Shown here: positions 14,099 to 35,038 of the stretch, piece by piece
Layout: each line of letters begins with the position of its first letter
Numbering within the stretch: position 1 is the first letter of the stretch
Assembly: GCA_963704165.1 (NCBI GenBank)
Contig: CAVPHD010000009.1
Coordinates: 96,001 to 160,000, forward strand
Reading direction: 5' to 3'
DNA from: an uncultured delta proteobacterium
GTDB taxonomy: Bacteria > Myxococcota_A > UBA9160 > SZUA-336
Length of the DNA stretch: 64,000 bases
Made by a program: the position numbers and the translations under genes
The notes under the pieces: generated by a model
Told to the model about the DNA's origin: nothing
What the model saw: only the letters and a program-made list of their open reading frames with translations
The model's database searches: none

Positions 14099-14461
14099 CT
14101 AGAAAGACAGGCCGGCTTCGCGCGCCGCGTCTGCGAGTGCCTTCACTCGCCCTGTGTAGACGAACCCATTTCGGTTGAAGCTCACCTCGCGGATGTCGCG
14201 CTCCTGCGCGAGCTTCGCGATCGCCGTGCCGACCTTCTTCGCCGCGTCGATGTCCTTCGTCGATTCCAGACCGTCACGCACACCGGGCGATCGTGTGGAG
14301 ACACCGGTCAGTGTCTTCCCCGAGATCGGGTCGGTGATCTGCGCGTAGATGTGCTTCGAGCTGCGAAAGACGGTGAGCTGCGGCCGCTCGCTGGCCCGCA
14401 ACTGCTTGCGCACGTGTAGCTTCCGTCGCTCGAGGAGAGCCTTCCGGCGAGACACCTTCAT
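14099..14461 (-). CDS. rplR: 50S ribosomal protein L18
   Basis: [34 protein letters not shown]. Confidence 0.96.
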   Translation of the reverse strand: MKVSRRKALLERRKLHVRKQLRASERPQLTVFRSSKHIYAQITDPISGKTLTGVSTRSPGVRDGLESTKDIDAAKKVGTAIAKLAQERDIREVSFNRNGFVYTGRVKALADAAREAGLSF

Positions 14462-14468
14462 GACTTCC

Positions 14469-15014
14469 CTAGCCTCCCGAAGTTCCGGTCTTGCCGACCT
14501 TCCGGCGCACGAACTCGCCGGCGTACCGGATGCCCTTGCCCTTGTACGGCTCCGGCTCGCGGACCTTGCGAATTTCGGCGGCGAACTGGCCCACCTTCTG
14601 TTTGTTCGCGCCGCGCACGACCAAGCGCGTCTGGCTTTCGGCGACGACCTCGAGCTCAGCGGGAATCGCCATCGCGACCGGATGCGAGTAGCCAATGGTC
14701 AGCGTGAGCTTCTTCCCGGCCACCTCGGCGCGATAGCCGATACCGTTGATCTCGAGCCCGCGCGAGAAACCCTCGGTAACCCCGGTCACCATGTTTGCGA
14801 CCAGCGCACGCATGAGCCCGTGCATCGCCTTCGCGCGCTTGGTGTCGGCGTCGCGGAGCACGCGAACTTCACCCGCGACGACCTCGATCCGGCAGTGTTC
14901 CGCGAGCGCCTCCTCGAGCGTGCCTTTCGGCCCCTTCACCCGAACGCGACCGTCGACGACATTGACCTCGACGTTCGAGGCGAGCTTCACGGGCAGTTTT
15001 CCGATTCGGGACAT
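14469..15014 (-). CDS. rplF: 50S ribosomal protein L6
   Basis: MSRIGKLPV, VKGPKG, GYSHPV, PEPYKGKGIRY. Confidence 0.97.
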   Translation of the reverse strand: MSRIGKLPVKLASNVEVNVVDGRVRVKGPKGTLEEALAEHCRIEVVAGEVRVLRDADTKRAKAMHGLMRALVANMVTGVTEGFSRGLEINGIGYRAEVAGKKLTLTIGYSHPVAMAIPAELEVVAESQTRLVVRGANKQKVGQFAAEIRKVREPEPYKGKGIRYAGEFVRRKVGKTGTSGG

Positions 15015-15016
15015 CG

Positions 15017-15412
15017 CTACCAGACCTTGGCGAGCAGTTCGCCACCGACGCCGGCATCGCGCGCCTCGGTGTCGGTCATGATTCCGCGCGGCGTGGACAG
15101 GATGGCCATGCCCAGTCCGCTGCGGATCTGTGGAATCCGGTTGGCTCGCACGTAGACGCGCCGTCCGGGGCTCGAGATGCGCTGGATGCCCTCGATCACC
15201 GGGCGATCGTCGTCGCCGTATCGGATCTCGACGCAAAGCGTCGGCTTTGCCGCCTCGGGATCATCTGAGTATCCGACGATGTAGCCGCGGTCGCGCAGTG
15301 CACGCGCGACTTCCACCTTGAGTTTCGACTTCGGCATCTTCACGCGCATGAGGCGCGCGCGGCCGCCGTTTCGAATCCGTGTCAGCATGTCTGCAATCGG
15401 GTCGTTGATCAC
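15017..15412 (-). CDS. rpsH: 30S ribosomal protein S8
   Basis: DPIADMLTRIRN, SSPGRRVY, ILSTPRG, GVGGE. Confidence 0.97.
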   Translation of the reverse strand: MINDPIADMLTRIRNGGRARLMRVKMPKSKLKVEVARALRDRGYIVGYSDDPEAAKPTLCVEIRYGDDDRPVIEGIQRISSPGRRVYVRANRIPQIRSGLGMAILSTPRGIMTDTEARDAGVGGELLAKVW

Positions 15413-15422
15413 GTCGACACCT

Positions 15423-15632
15423 TCACCAGCTCGACTTCGTGATGCCCGGGATCTTCCCCTCGAGCGCCAGCTTCCGCAGGCAGATCCGGCACAGGTCGAA
15501 CTTGCGGTAGTAGCCGCGAGCACGACCGCACCGGCCGCATCGGTTGTAGTAACGGGTTCGGAACTCGAGCTTGCCGGCGACGCGCGCCGTCCGAAGCCTG
15601 AGTTGTTGATGCAGCTTGGATGTCTTGGCCAT
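15423..15632 (-). CDS. rpsN: 30S ribosomal protein S14 (zinc-binding type)
   Basis: NRCGRCGR...LCRICLR...IPGITKSSW. Confidence 0.96.
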   Translation of the reverse strand: MAKTSKLHQQLRLRTARVAGKLEFRTRYYNRCGRCGRARGYYRKFDLCRICLRKLALEGKIPGITKSSW

Positions 15633-15638
15633 GGCCCC

Positions 15639-16256
15639 TCACGTCCGGAACGGCATGCCGAGGCCGGTGAGGAGAGCCAGGCCCTCCTCGTCGGTCTCCG
15701 CCGTCGTCACGATCGTCACGTTCAATCCCCTGATCTTCTCGACCTTGTCGTAGTCCACTTCCGGAAAGATGATCTGCTCTCGAAGCCCGAGCGTGTAGTT
15801 GCCACGCCCGTCGAACGCTCGAGGCGAGACGCCCCGGAAGTCGCGAACGCGCGGCAGCGCCACGTTGACGAGCCGATCGAGAAACTCCCACATGCGCGCG
15901 CGGCGCAGGGTCACGGTGACACCGATCCGCTGGTTCTCGCGAAGGCGGAAGTTCGCGATCGCCTTCTTGGCCTTCTGGATGATCGGCTTCTGACCGGTCA
16001 TCCGCGCGATCTCGTCCGCCGCCGCGTCGAGCAGCTTCGGGTTCTGGGTCGCTTCACCGAGACCGACGTTCAGCGTCACCTTCACGAGTCGCGGAACCTG
16101 CATGGCGCTCTTGTACTTGAAGCGATTCTGCAGCTCCGGCGCGACTGCGGACTTGTAGACTTCCTGCAGGCGCGGCACGTAGCCCTCGACCGTCGGTTCG
16201 ACCGTCGGTTCGACCGGCGCAGTGGATTCGCCTGTCTTCTTCTTTGCCCTAGCCAT
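15639..16256 (-). CDS. rplE: 50S ribosomal protein L5 with N-terminal extension
   Basis: [36 protein letters not shown]. Confidence 0.97.
   Translation of the reverse strand: MARAKKKTGESTAPVEPTVEPTVEGYVPRLQEVYKSAVAPELQNRFKYKSAMQVPRLVKVTLNVGLGEATQNPKLLDAAADEIARMTGQKPIIQKAKKAIANFRLRENQRIGVTVTLRRARMWEFLDRLVNVALPRVRDFRGVSPRAFDGRGNYTLGLREQIIFPEVDYDKVEKIRGLNVTIVTTAETDEEGLALLTGLGMPFRT
16186..16216. repeat. 12-bp tandem repeat (about 2.5 copies) encoding VEPT units in the L5 extension
   Basis: tcgaccgtcggt tcgaccgtcggt tcgaccg. Confidence 0.85.
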
Positions 16257-16560
16257 CGATCGCCTCGTCGTGCTTCTTGCTCCAGCGGAGCTTGCGTCCA
16301 TCGACCACCCGGAATGCCACGCGCGTCTTCTCGCCCTTGTGGACGAGCGCCACGTTCGACACGTGGATCGATGCTTCCTTCTCGATGATCCCGCCCTGAC
16401 GCGTCGCCGCATTGGGCTTCTGATGCTTCTTGACCACGTTCACGCGCTCGACCGTCACACGCTCGCGCTCGGGATGAACACGCAAGACCGTTCCGCGCTT
16501 TCCCCGATCGCGGCCGGCGGTGACTTCGACCGTATCGCCCTTGCGAATCCTGGCCGACAT
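16249..16560 (-). CDS. rplX: 50S ribosomal protein L24
   Basis: [34 protein letters not shown]. Confidence 0.97.
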   Translation of the reverse strand: MSARIRKGDTVEVTAGRDRGKRGTVLRVHPERERVTVERVNVVKKHQKPNAATRQGGIIEKEASIHVSNVALVHKGEKTRVAFRVVDGRKLRWSKKHDEAIDG

Positions 16561-16928
16561 CAGAGCACCTCGGGTGCGAGCGAAATGATCTTCATGAAGC
16601 GCCGGGCGCGGAGTTCGCGCGCGACCGGGCCGAAGATGCGAGTCCCGATCGGCTCACGGTTGTTGTCCACCAGCACGACGGAGTTGTCGTCGAAACGGAT
16701 GTACGAGCCATCAGCGCGGCCGATCTCCTTCTTCGTTCTGACGATGACCGCCTTGTGCAATTGCTTCTTCTTCACGCGCGCACCGGGCAGAGCCTCCTTC
16801 ACCGACACCACGATGATGTCGCCGATCGAGGCATAGCGGCGCTGCGACCCGCCCAGCACTTTCACGCAGAAGACCCGGCGCGCACCCGAGTTGTCCGCCA
16901 CGTCGAGGACCGACTGCATCTGAATCAC
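16560..16928 (-). CDS. rplN: 50S ribosomal protein L14
   Basis: [30 protein letters not shown]. Confidence 0.98.
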   Translation of the reverse strand: MIQMQSVLDVADNSGARRVFCVKVLGGSQRRYASIGDIIVVSVKEALPGARVKKKQLHKAVIVRTKKEIGRADGSYIRFDDNSVVLVDNNREPIGTRIFGPVARELRARRFMKIISLAPEVL

Positions 16929-17173
16929 GCCAACTTCTCCTGGATGCGCCACCGCTTGCGGCGCGAGAGCGGGCGCGACTCGATGATGCGCACGCGATCG
17001 CCGACCTTGCACGCGTTGGTCTCGTCGTGCGCCATGAAGCGGGTCCGTTTGCGCACGTACTTCTGATACAGGGGGTGAAGGACGGTCCGGCTGACCTCGA
17101 CGATGACGGACTTGTCCATCTTGTCGGAGATCACGACCCCCTCTCGGGTCTTCCGAAGGCCGCGGGCAGTCAT
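16925..17173 (-). CDS. rpsQ: 30S ribosomal protein S17
   Basis: [27 protein letters not shown]. Confidence 0.97.
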   Translation of the reverse strand: MTARGLRKTREGVVISDKMDKSVIVEVSRTVLHPLYQKYVRKRTRFMAHDETNACKVGDRVRIIESRPLSRRKRWRIQEKLA

Positions 17174-17364
17174 GCCTTCCCTTTCCGCTCCGCTTCGAGC
17201 GTGAGCGCGCGGGCCAGATTGCGCCTGGCCTGGCGCAATTCGGCCGTATTCTCGAGCTGTTGAGTCGCGTGTTTGATGCGAAGCCTGAAGAGCTGGTCTC
17301 GCGCCTCGTTGACGCGATCCGCGATCTCCGTGTCGCTGAGCTTGCGAAGTTCGGCGGCCTTCAT
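17170..17364 (-). CDS. rpmC: 50S ribosomal protein L29
   Basis: [21 protein letters not shown]; between rplP and rpsQ. Confidence 0.93.
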   Translation of the reverse strand: MKAAELRKLSDTEIADRVNEARDQLFRLRIKHATQQLENTAELRQARRNLARALTLEAERKGKA

Positions 17365-17774
17365 ACCTCGCTCCTCTCCAGGATGCGCGTGCGCACGCCC
17401 AGCTTGTGCGCCGCAAGTCGCAGGGCCTCTCGCGCGATCTCCCGCGTGACGCCCTCCATCTCGTAGAGCACGCGTCCTGGCTTCACGGGACAGGCCCAGT
17501 ACTCGGGGCTGCCCTTTCCCTTTCCCATTCGTGTTTCAGGCGGGCGCTTGGTCATCGGTTTGTCGGGAAAGATGCGGATCCAGATCTTTCCACCGCGCTT
17601 GGCATGGCGGGTCATCGCGATACGTGCCGCCTCGATCTGGCGCGCCGTGATCAAGCCGTGATCCAGCGTCTGCAGACCGAAGTCGCCGAACGCGAGCTCA
17701 CCGCCGCGATACGCCTTGCCACGCAGCCGTCCCTTCTGGACTTTGCGGAATTTGGTTTTCTTGGGTTGCAGCAT
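17361..17774 (-). CDS. rplP: 50S ribosomal protein L16
   Basis: [30 protein letters not shown]. Confidence 0.98.
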   Translation of the reverse strand: MLQPKKTKFRKVQKGRLRGKAYRGGELAFGDFGLQTLDHGLITARQIEAARIAMTRHAKRGGKIWIRIFPDKPMTKRPPETRMGKGKGSPEYWACPVKPGRVLYEMEGVTREIAREALRLAAHKLGVRTRILERSEV

Positions 17775-17791
17775 GGGAACTCCGTATCAGC

Positions 17792-18469
17792 TCAGCGCGC
17801 CTGCGCCTCTTCGAGCCTGCCGAGCCGATGATCGTCGAGCTTCGCGTCCGGCACGAGCCCGTGGAACACCCAGCACTTGACGCCGATCAGGCCGTACGTG
17901 CAGTGCGCCTCCCAGAAGCCGAACTCGACCTGCGCGCGAAGGGTGTGAAGAGGGACGCGTCCTTCCATGTACTGCACGACTCGCGACATTTCGGCGCCGC
18001 CGAGCCTGCCCGACACCTTCAATTTGATTCCCTGCGCGCCGAACTTGAGGGCCGCCTGCATTGCCTTCTTCATCGCTCGACGAAACGCCACGCGACGCTC
18101 GAGTTGCAGCGCGATGTTCTCGGCGATCAACTGCGCATCGACCTCGGCCTTTCGGATCTCGCGGATGTTGATGAAGACCTCGTTCTTGGTCATCTCCGCG
18201 ATCTCGTGTCGGAGCGCATCGACGTCGGCACCGCGCTTGCCGATCAGGATGCCGGGGCGCGCCGTGTGGATGTTGACCGACATCTTCTCGGCGCGGCGCT
18301 CGATCACGATCTTGCTGATGCCGGCATGAAACGCGCGCTTCTTGATGAAGTCGCGAATGCGCAGGTCTTCGTGGAGCGCGGTCACGTAGCCGCGCTCCGC
18401 GTACCAGTTCGACTGCCAGCCGTTGATCACGCCGAGCCGGAAGCCGTACGGATGTACTTTCTGTCCCAA
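17792..18469 (-). CDS. rpsC: 30S ribosomal protein S3
   Basis: [41 protein letters not shown]. Confidence 0.98.
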   Translation of the reverse strand: MGQKVHPYGFRLGVINGWQSNWYAERGYVTALHEDLRIRDFIKKRAFHAGISKIVIERRAEKMSVNIHTARPGILIGKRGADVDALRHEIAEMTKNEVFINIREIRKAEVDAQLIAENIALQLERRVAFRRAMKKAMQAALKFGAQGIKLKVSGRLGGAEMSRVVQYMEGRVPLHTLRAQVEFGFWEAHCTYGLIGVKCWVFHGLVPDAKLDDHRLGRLEEAQAR

Positions 18470-18478
18470 TGCCTTCTC

Positions 18479-18826
18479 CTACCGCTCGTCCAGAACGAGG
18501 GTCACATGGCTCACACCCTTGTTGATCCAGGTCGCCCGTCCCTGAGCGCGCGGTCGAATTCGCCACGACCGCGGTCCCTCGTCCACCGTGACCCGCTTCA
18601 CGTAGAGATTGTCGAGATCGATGCCTGCCTGATGCCTGGAGTTGTGCTCGACGGCATTGGCAAGTGCGGACCGCAGCAACTTCTCGAACGGAACGGCTGC
18701 GGACTTCTCGCAGCCACGCAGGATCTCGAGCGCACGGCTCGCCGACTTCGACCGGATCAAATCCGCCACCAGCCGACCCTTTCGTGGCCGGAATCGCACC
18801 CCTTTGGCTCTCGCTCGGACTTCCAT
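18479..18826 (-). CDS. rplV: 50S ribosomal protein L22
   Basis: RKGRLVADLIR, KLLRSALANA, PRAQGRA. Confidence 0.96.
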   Translation of the reverse strand: MEVRARAKGVRFRPRKGRLVADLIRSKSASRALEILRGCEKSAAVPFEKLLRSALANAVEHNSRHQAGIDLDNLYVKRVTVDEGPRSWRIRPRAQGRATWINKGVSHVTLVLDER

Positions 18827-18836
18827 TTCCCTGGCC

Positions 18837-19139
18837 TCACTTCCTCGCCGCGGCCGGCGGCCCCGCGGCCTTCACCTTGCGGTCACCCGAATGCACGACG
18901 GGTTTTCGTGTCGGCGCAAACTCGCCGAGGCGGTGCCCGACCATGTTCTCGGTGACGAAGACGGGCATGAACAAACGGCCGTTGTGGACGTGCAGCGTCA
19001 GGCCAATCATCTCGGGCGTGATCATCGAACGCCTCGACCACGTCCGGATGATCTGCCGCGAGCTCGAGCCCGCCATCGACTCGACCTTCTTCTGAAGGCT
19101 CGCCTGGATGTACGGTCCCTTCTTGACGGAACGCGCCAT
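18837..19139 (-). CDS. rpsS: 30S ribosomal protein S19
   Basis: [34 protein letters not shown]. Confidence 0.97.
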   Translation of the reverse strand: MARSVKKGPYIQASLQKKVESMAGSSSRQIIRTWSRRSMITPEMIGLTLHVHNGRLFMPVFVTENMVGHRLGEFAPTRKPVVHSGDRKVKAAGPPAAARK

Positions 19140-19966
19140 TACTTCTGTCCTCGACGACGGATGATGAAGCGATCCGTCCGGCTGTTGTTGCGTGTCTTGT
19201 GGCCCTTGGTCGGCTTTCCCCACGGGCTCACCGGGTGGCGTCCACCCGAGGTGCGTCCTTCGCCGCCGCCGTGCGGGTGGTCGACCGGATTCATCGCCAC
19301 GCCGCGTACGTTGGGCCGAATTCCGAGCCATCGAGAGCGACCGGCCTTACCGACGGAGAGGTTCTCGTGCTCGGCGTTCCCCACTTGGCCGATCGTGGCG
19401 AGGCAGGTCGCGAGCACCATGCGCGTCTCGCCCGATGGCAGCTTGAGTTGCGCGTACTTCGCATCGCAAGCCATCAACTGCGCACCCATTCCGGCCGAAC
19501 GCACGAGCTGCCCGCCCTTTCCAGGCTTGAGTTCGATGTTGTGAATCAGCGATCCGGTCGGGATCAGGCGCAGGGGCAGCGTATTGCCGGGTTTGATCTC
19601 TGCGCGCTCACCCGTCATCACTCGATCACCGACGCTCAAACCCTGCGGCGAGACGATGTAGCGCTTCTCTCCGTCCGCGTAGTGGAGCAGTGCGATGCGC
19701 GCACTTCGGTTCGGGTCGTACTCGATCGCCGCGACTTTCGCGGGGATGTCCCACTTGTCGCGTTTGAAATCGATGTCGCGGTACAGGCGCTTGTGACCGC
19801 CACCGCGGTGATAGCTCGTGATCTTTCCCCGGGTATTGCGGCCACCGCTGCTGCTCTTGCCCTTGGTGAGCGCGCGCTCCGGCTTCTTCTTCGAGAGATC
19901 CGAGAAGTCGGCGACGGACATCCCGCGTCGGCCGGGTGATGTGGGTTTATAGGTGCGCACGGCCAC
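19139..19966 (-). CDS. rplB: 50S ribosomal protein L2
   Basis: [29 protein letters not shown]. Confidence 0.98.
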   Translation of the reverse strand: MAVRTYKPTSPGRRGMSVADFSDLSKKKPERALTKGKSSSGGRNTRGKITSYHRGGGHKRLYRDIDFKRDKWDIPAKVAAIEYDPNRSARIALLHYADGEKRYIVSPQGLSVGDRVMTGERAEIKPGNTLPLRLIPTGSLIHNIELKPGKGGQLVRSAGMGAQLMACDAKYAQLKLPSGETRMVLATCLATIGQVGNAEHENLSVGKAGRSRWLGIRPNVRGVAMNPVDHPHGGGEGRTSGGRHPVSPWGKPTKGHKTRNNSRTDRFIIRRRGQK

Positions 19967-19969
19967 GAC

Positions 19970-20260
19970 TCACACTCCCTCGAAGAACTCGATCGAGTCG
20001 CCGGAGCGCAGACGCACACGCGCCTTCTTCCACGACGGCCGATCGCCGATGAACCTGCCCACGCGCCGGGATTTCCCCCGAACGCGGTTCGTGCGGACCT
20101 CGAGCACCTTCACGTTGAAGAGCTCCTCGACCGCACGCCGGATCTCGTGCTTGTTTGCGTCCGGGTGAACGGCGAACGTCACGATGTTCTGCTGCTCGCG
20201 CTCGATCGTGCTCTTCTCGGTGACGACCGGTCGCTGGATCACCTGCCGAAGGTCCTTCAT
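19970..20260 (-). CDS. rplW: 50S ribosomal protein L23
   Basis: [25 protein letters not shown]. Confidence 0.97.
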   Translation of the reverse strand: MKDLRQVIQRPVVTEKSTIEREQQNIVTFAVHPDANKHEIRRAVEELFNVKVLEVRTNRVRGKSRRVGRFIGDRPSWKKARVRLRSGDSIEFFEGV

Positions 20261-20835
20261 GACAGCCTCTCCACGACGGCCGGGAGAGCGGACCGCGTGA
20301 TCACGACGTGCTTGCGCAGGAGCACGTCACGCACGTTCAGGCCCATCACCGCGAGCACTCGCACGAAGGGCAGATTTCGACCGGCCAGCTCGAGATTGCG
20401 GTCGCGCTCACGCGTGATGATCAGCACATCCTCGGCACCGATCTCGCGCAGCTTCGCGATCAGGAGCTTCGTCTTCGGCTCGGCGAGCGCGAAATCGTCC
20501 ACGACGAGTACGCGATCTTCGCTCTTGCGAAGCGAGAGCGCCGAGCGAAGCGCGGCCTTCCGCACCTTCTTGGGCACGGAGACCTCGTAGTCGCGCGGGC
20601 GCGGACCGTGAACGATGCCGCCGCCCGCCCACTGCGGGGCGCGGATCGTCCCTTGGCGGGCGCGGCCCGTGCCCTTCTGCTTCCAGGGCTTGATGCCGCC
20701 GCCCGAGACCTGCGCACGGCTCTTGACCGCGGCCGTCCCACTGCGTCGCGCGGCCATCTGCGCCACCGATACGGTGTGCAAGAGGTCGCCGCGGATCGGC
20801 GCTTCGAAAATCTTTGGATCGAGTTCCATGGCCAT
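20257..20835 (-). CDS. rplD: 50S ribosomal protein L4 (192 aa, N-terminally short; possibly an rplC/rplD chimera)
   Basis: [33 protein letters not shown] lies 4 nt after the rpsJ stop with no rplC between. Confidence 0.93.
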   Translation of the reverse strand: MAMELDPKIFEAPIRGDLLHTVSVAQMAARRSGTAAVKSRAQVSGGGIKPWKQKGTGRARQGTIRAPQWAGGGIVHGPRPRDYEVSVPKKVRKAALRSALSLRKSEDRVLVVDDFALAEPKTKLLIAKLREIGAEDVLIITRERDRNLELAGRNLPFVRVLAVMGLNVRDVLLRKHVVITRSALPAVVERLS

Positions 20836-20839
20836 CGTC

Positions 20840-21157
20840 CTAGAGCTTGATCTCCACGTCCACACCGGCGGAGAGCTCGAGCTTCATGAGCGCGTCCACC
20901 GTCTGGGGCGTTGGGTCGAGGATGTCGATCAGTCGCCTGTGCGTTCGGATCTCGAACTGCTCTCGGCTCTTCTTGTCCACGTGCGGGCCACGCAGAACCG
21001 TGAACTTGACGATCGAAGTCGGCAGAGGGATCGGCCCTGCGGTTCGCGATCCGGTGCGAACGCAGGTATCGAGAATCTCGGAGGCGCTCATGTCGAGCAG
21101 CTTGTGGTCGAAGGCCTTCATGCGGATACGGATCTTCGGGCTACCGAGCTCTGCCAT
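20840..21157 (-). CDS. rpsJ: 30S ribosomal protein S10
   Basis: [34 protein letters not shown]. Confidence 0.98.
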   Translation of the reverse strand: MAELGSPKIRIRMKAFDHKLLDMSASEILDTCVRTGSRTAGPIPLPTSIVKFTVLRGPHVDKKSREQFEIRTHRRLIDILDPTPQTVDALMKLELSAGVDVEIKL

Positions 21158-21163
21158 GGCCAG

Positions 21164-22355
21164 TTACTCGATCACTTCGGCGACGACGCCAGCGCCGACC
21201 GTGCGGCCACCTTCGCGGATCGCGAAGCGAAGACCCTGGACCATCGCGATCGGGGTGATCAGATCCACCTTGATCGCGATGTTGTCACCAGGCATCACCA
21301 TCTCCGTCCCCTCCGGCAACTCCACGATCCCCGTCACGTCCGTCGTCCGAAAATAAAACTGAGGCCGGTACCCCTTGAAGAACGGCGTATGACGACCCCC
21401 CTCTTCCTTCGTCAGCACGTAGACCTCCGCCTTGAACTTCGTGTGAGGCGTGATCGAGCCCGGCTTCGCCAACACCTGACCCCGCTCCACCTCTTCCTTC
21501 TTCGTACCGCGAAGCAGGCACCCGATGTTGTCTCCCGCCTGACCCTCGTCCAACAACTTCCGGAACATCTCCACACCCGTGACCACCGTCTTCGTCGTCG
21601 GCTTCACACCCACGATCTCGACCTCGTCTCCCGTGTGCACCTTCCCCTGCTCCACGCGACCCGTCACCACCGTCCCGCGTCCCGAAATCGAAAACACGTC
21701 CTCGATCGGCATCAGGAACGGCTTGTCCAACGCCCGCTTCGGCTCCGGGATCCAGCTGTCCAACGCGTCCATCAACTCGTCGATGCACGCGTTCGCACCA
21801 TCGTCCGCCGAGTTCTGACCCGCCTTCAACGCGCTCCCGCGAATGATCGGCACGTCGTCCCCGCGGAAATCGTTCTTCGACAACAAGCTCCCGAACCTCG
21901 AGCTCCACCAGCTCCAAAAGCTCCGGGTCGTCCACCATGTCCACCTTGTTCAGAAACACCACCATGTGCGGCACGTTCACCTGCTTCGCCAGCAAGACGT
22001 GCTCCCGCGTCTGAGGCATCGGACCGTCGGCCGCCGACACCACCAAGATCGCTCCGTCCATCTGCGCCGCACCCGTGATCATGTTCTTCACGTAGTCCGC
22101 GTGACCCGGACAGTCCACGTGTGCGTAGTGACGAGCCTTCGACTCGTACTCCACGTGCGCCGTCGCAATCGTGATCCCGCGCTCCCGCTCCTCCGGCGCC
22201 TTGTCGATCTGGTCAAACGCCAGCTTCTGAGCCATCCCCTTCGTCGCCTGACGCGACGTGATCGCCGCCGTCAACGTCGTCTTCCCGTGATCTACGTGAC
22301 CAATCGTCCCCACGTTCACGTGAGGCTTCGTTCGCTCGAACTTCTCCTTGGACAT
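21164..22355 (-). CDS. tuf: Elongation factor Tu, str-operon copy (apparent +1 frameshift at 21886/21887)
   Basis: [33 protein letters not shown]; has one extra base relative to the intact copy at 37069-38259. Confidence 0.97.
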
Positions 22356-22394
22356 GGACTTGACCCCCGAGAGGAGCCGGCCGTTGGCCGGACG

Positions 22395-24465
<2,071 letters not shown>

Positions 24466-24479
24466 GCTTCGACTCGGCC

Positions 24480-24950
24480 CTACCAGCGGTAGTGGGCGAA
24501 CGCCTTGTTGGCGTCCGCCATGCGATGCGTCTCTTCGCGCTTTCGAACCGCCTCGCCGCGCTCTGCGGCTGCATCGAGCAACTCGGCCGCGAGTTTCTCC
24601 TGCATCGACTTGCCGGCGCGTGCTCGCGCGTACTGAACCACCCAACGCATCGCGAGCGCCGATCCCCGGTTCGGCGAAACCTCGACCGGAACCTGGTAGG
24701 TCGCTCCACCCACGCGGCGGCTCTTCACCTCGACGCGCGGCCGCACGTTCTCGAGCGCCCGCCGGAAGACCCGAATCGGCTCCTCCTGTCCGCGCTCCTC
24801 GACGAGGCCGAGCGCACCGTAGGCGATGGACTCGGCCGTGCTCTTCTTTCCGCAGCTCATCAACACATTGATGAACTTCGCGACCTGCCGATCGCCGAAC
24901 CTCGGATCCGGTGTCGTCTCGCGTCGCGGGACTTCGCGTCGTCGGGGCAT
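24480..24950 (-). CDS. rpsG: 30S ribosomal protein S7
   Basis: [35 protein letters not shown]. Confidence 0.98.
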   Translation of the reverse strand: MPRRREVPRRETTPDPRFGDRQVAKFINVLMSCGKKSTAESIAYGALGLVEERGQEEPIRVFRRALENVRPRVEVKSRRVGGATYQVPVEVSPNRGSALAMRWVVQYARARAGKSMQEKLAAELLDAAAERGEAVRKREETHRMADANKAFAHYRW

Positions 24951-24960
24951 CTTCGTGCTC

Positions 24961-25332
24961 CTACTTACGCCGCTTCGTGCCGTAGCGGCTGCGGCCCTGA
25001 TTGCGACCATCCACCCCGAGCGTGTCGAGCGTGCCCCTCACGATGTGGTAGCGGACGCCGGGGAGATCCTTCACGCGGCCACCACGCACCAACACCACCG
25101 AGTGTTCTTGGAGGTTGTGCCCTTCGCCGGGAATGTACGCCCACACTTCGCGTCCATTCGACAGCCGAACGCGTGCGACCTTTCGCAGCGCGGAGTTCGG
25201 CTTCTTGGGTGTCTGCGTGGAGACGCGGATGCATACGCCACGTCGCTGCGGACACTGCATCAGATCGCGGGCCTTGATCTTCTTCTGCTTGGTCGCACGC
25301 CCGTTGCGAACCAGCTGTTGAATCGTCGGCAT
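24961..25332 (-). CDS. rpsL: 30S ribosomal protein S12
   Basis: [27 protein letters not shown]. Confidence 0.98.
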   Translation of the reverse strand: MPTIQQLVRNGRATKQKKIKARDLMQCPQRRGVCIRVSTQTPKKPNSALRKVARVRLSNGREVWAYIPGEGHNLQEHSVVLVRGGRVKDLPGVRYHIVRGTLDTLGVDGRNQGRSRYGTKRRK

Positions 25333-25533
25333 CTCGGCCCCTGTGTGAGTTTCAACGAACGCGCTAGCCCTCGCGCGTACGACGACCCGCCCGCTGGATG
25401 TTTGCAGGACAGGGAGTTTCACCCCCCTGCACGACACCCCGGTGGACGGTGGCTCTTCTGCGAGGATCCCTACCGAGCGAGTCCCCGAAGGCGAACCCCA
25501 AGGGATCTGCGTCCTTCGCTCGGAAGGGGCCGA

Positions 25534-25561
25534 ATTATATTGGGAAACGGCCCGGTGTCAA
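25534..25561 (-). promoter_or_regulatory. Sigma70-type promoter of the str operon
   Basis: Perfect TTGACA-N16-TATAAT on the minus strand followed by a GC-rich discriminator (TCGGCCCC), ~200 nt upstream of rpsL. Confidence 0.85.
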
Positions 25562-25604
25562 CCGCGCGGGCAGGGTCGCGAAAACGAGGCGAAGGTTCGC
25601 ACGA

Positions 25605-29780
<4,176 letters not shown>

Positions 29781-29795
29781 TTTGGCTCTCCTCTC

Positions 29796-33920
<4,125 letters not shown>

Positions 33921-33935
33921 TCACCCTCCCCTTCC

Positions 33936-34031
33936 CGAACGCGCGCACGAATGCACGGGCGATCGAGGCCGGTCATCCCGGCTTGATTTGTGAACGCGAA
34001 AGATGCGGCGAAGTCGCGCTGCGCGCGTTCG
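33936..34031. repeat. Perfect 12-bp inverted repeat enclosing the rplL-rpoB spacer
   Basis: cgaacgcgcgca (33936-33947) and tgcgcgcgttcg (34020-34031). Confidence 0.75.
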
Positions 34032-34036
34032 CCGAC

Positions 34037-34414
34037 TCACTTGATCTCGACTTGACCGCCCGACGCTTCGATCTGCGCCTTGATCTTGGCCGCCTCGTCC
34101 TTGGAGACGCCCTCCTTGACGGGCTTCGGCGCACCCTCGACCAGATCCTTGGCCTCTTTGAGGCCCAAGCCGGTGATGGCGCGAACTTCCTTGATGACCT
34201 GGATCTTCTTCTCGCCAGACGAGACGAGGATCACATCGAACTCCGTCTGCTCTTCGGCGGGAGCCGCCGCCGCACCCGCCGCCGGACCGGCCACCGCGAC
34301 CGCAGCCGGAGCGGCCGTGACGCCCCACTCCTGCTCCATCCGCTTGATGAGCGATGCGATCTCCATGGGCTTGAGCTCGTTGATCTGCGAGAAGATGTCG
34401 TCGACGGTCGCCAT
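34037..34414 (-). CDS. rplL: 50S ribosomal protein L7/L12
   Basis: [34 protein letters not shown]. Confidence 0.98.
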   Translation of the reverse strand: MATVDDIFSQINELKPMEIASLIKRMEQEWGVTAAPAAVAVAGPAAGAAAAPAEEQTEFDVILVSSGEKKIQVIKEVRAITGLGLKEAKDLVEGAPKPVKEGVSKDEAAKIKAQIEASGGQVEIK

Positions 34415-34491
34415 TGTCGTTGCCTCCTGTGCCCGGATCGAATTAAGGCGCGACGTGCGCCAGAGCCGGGGCTACCTGGTTTCGAGTGGAC

Positions 34492-35025
34492 TCAGTTGGC
34501 CTCGAGCTTCTGCTGACGCTGTTCGAGAGCGTTCCGCAGATGCCCGAGGAGTGACTGCAGCGTGCCTGCGAGATTGCGAAGCGGAGATTGGAGCGTGCCC
34601 GCGAGCATTCCGCGAAGCTCGAGCTTCGTGGGAAGCTGAGCGAGGACGGCCACACCCGCCGGATCGACGAGTTCGCCCTCGATGACGCCCCCCTTGATCC
34701 GGAACTTGTCGTTCTCCTTCTCGTAAGCGACGAGAACCTTGGCCATCGCCGACGGCTCGTCGAATGCGATCGCAATCGCCGTCGGCCCGGCGAGATGCTT
34801 GGTGATCGGCTCGTGCTGCGTGCCGCGTGTCGCGATCGTGAGCAGCGTGTTCTTGGTGACTCGGTACTCGATCTGTTTGCCACCGACCGCGCGCAGCTTC
34901 GATCGAAGCGTATTCGCGTCGTCGACGGTCATGCCGCGGTACTCGATGGCTATCAAGGAGTTGGCATTCGTGACCTTCGCCCGCAGCGCGTCGATCTGCT
35001 CGATTTTCTGTTTTCGGGTGAGCAT
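34492..35025 (-). CDS. rplJ: 50S ribosomal protein L10
   Basis: YRGMTV, VTKNTL, LAGPTAIA, LAQLPT. Confidence 0.96.
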   Translation of the reverse strand: MLTRKQKIEQIDALRAKVTNANSLIAIEYRGMTVDDANTLRSKLRAVGGKQIEYRVTKNTLLTIATRGTQHEPITKHLAGPTAIAIAFDEPSAMAKVLVAYEKENDKFRIKGGVIEGELVDPAGVAVLAQLPTKLELRGMLAGTLQSPLRNLAGTLQSLLGHLRNALEQRQQKLEAN

Positions 35026-35038
35026 GGATTGCCTCCGC

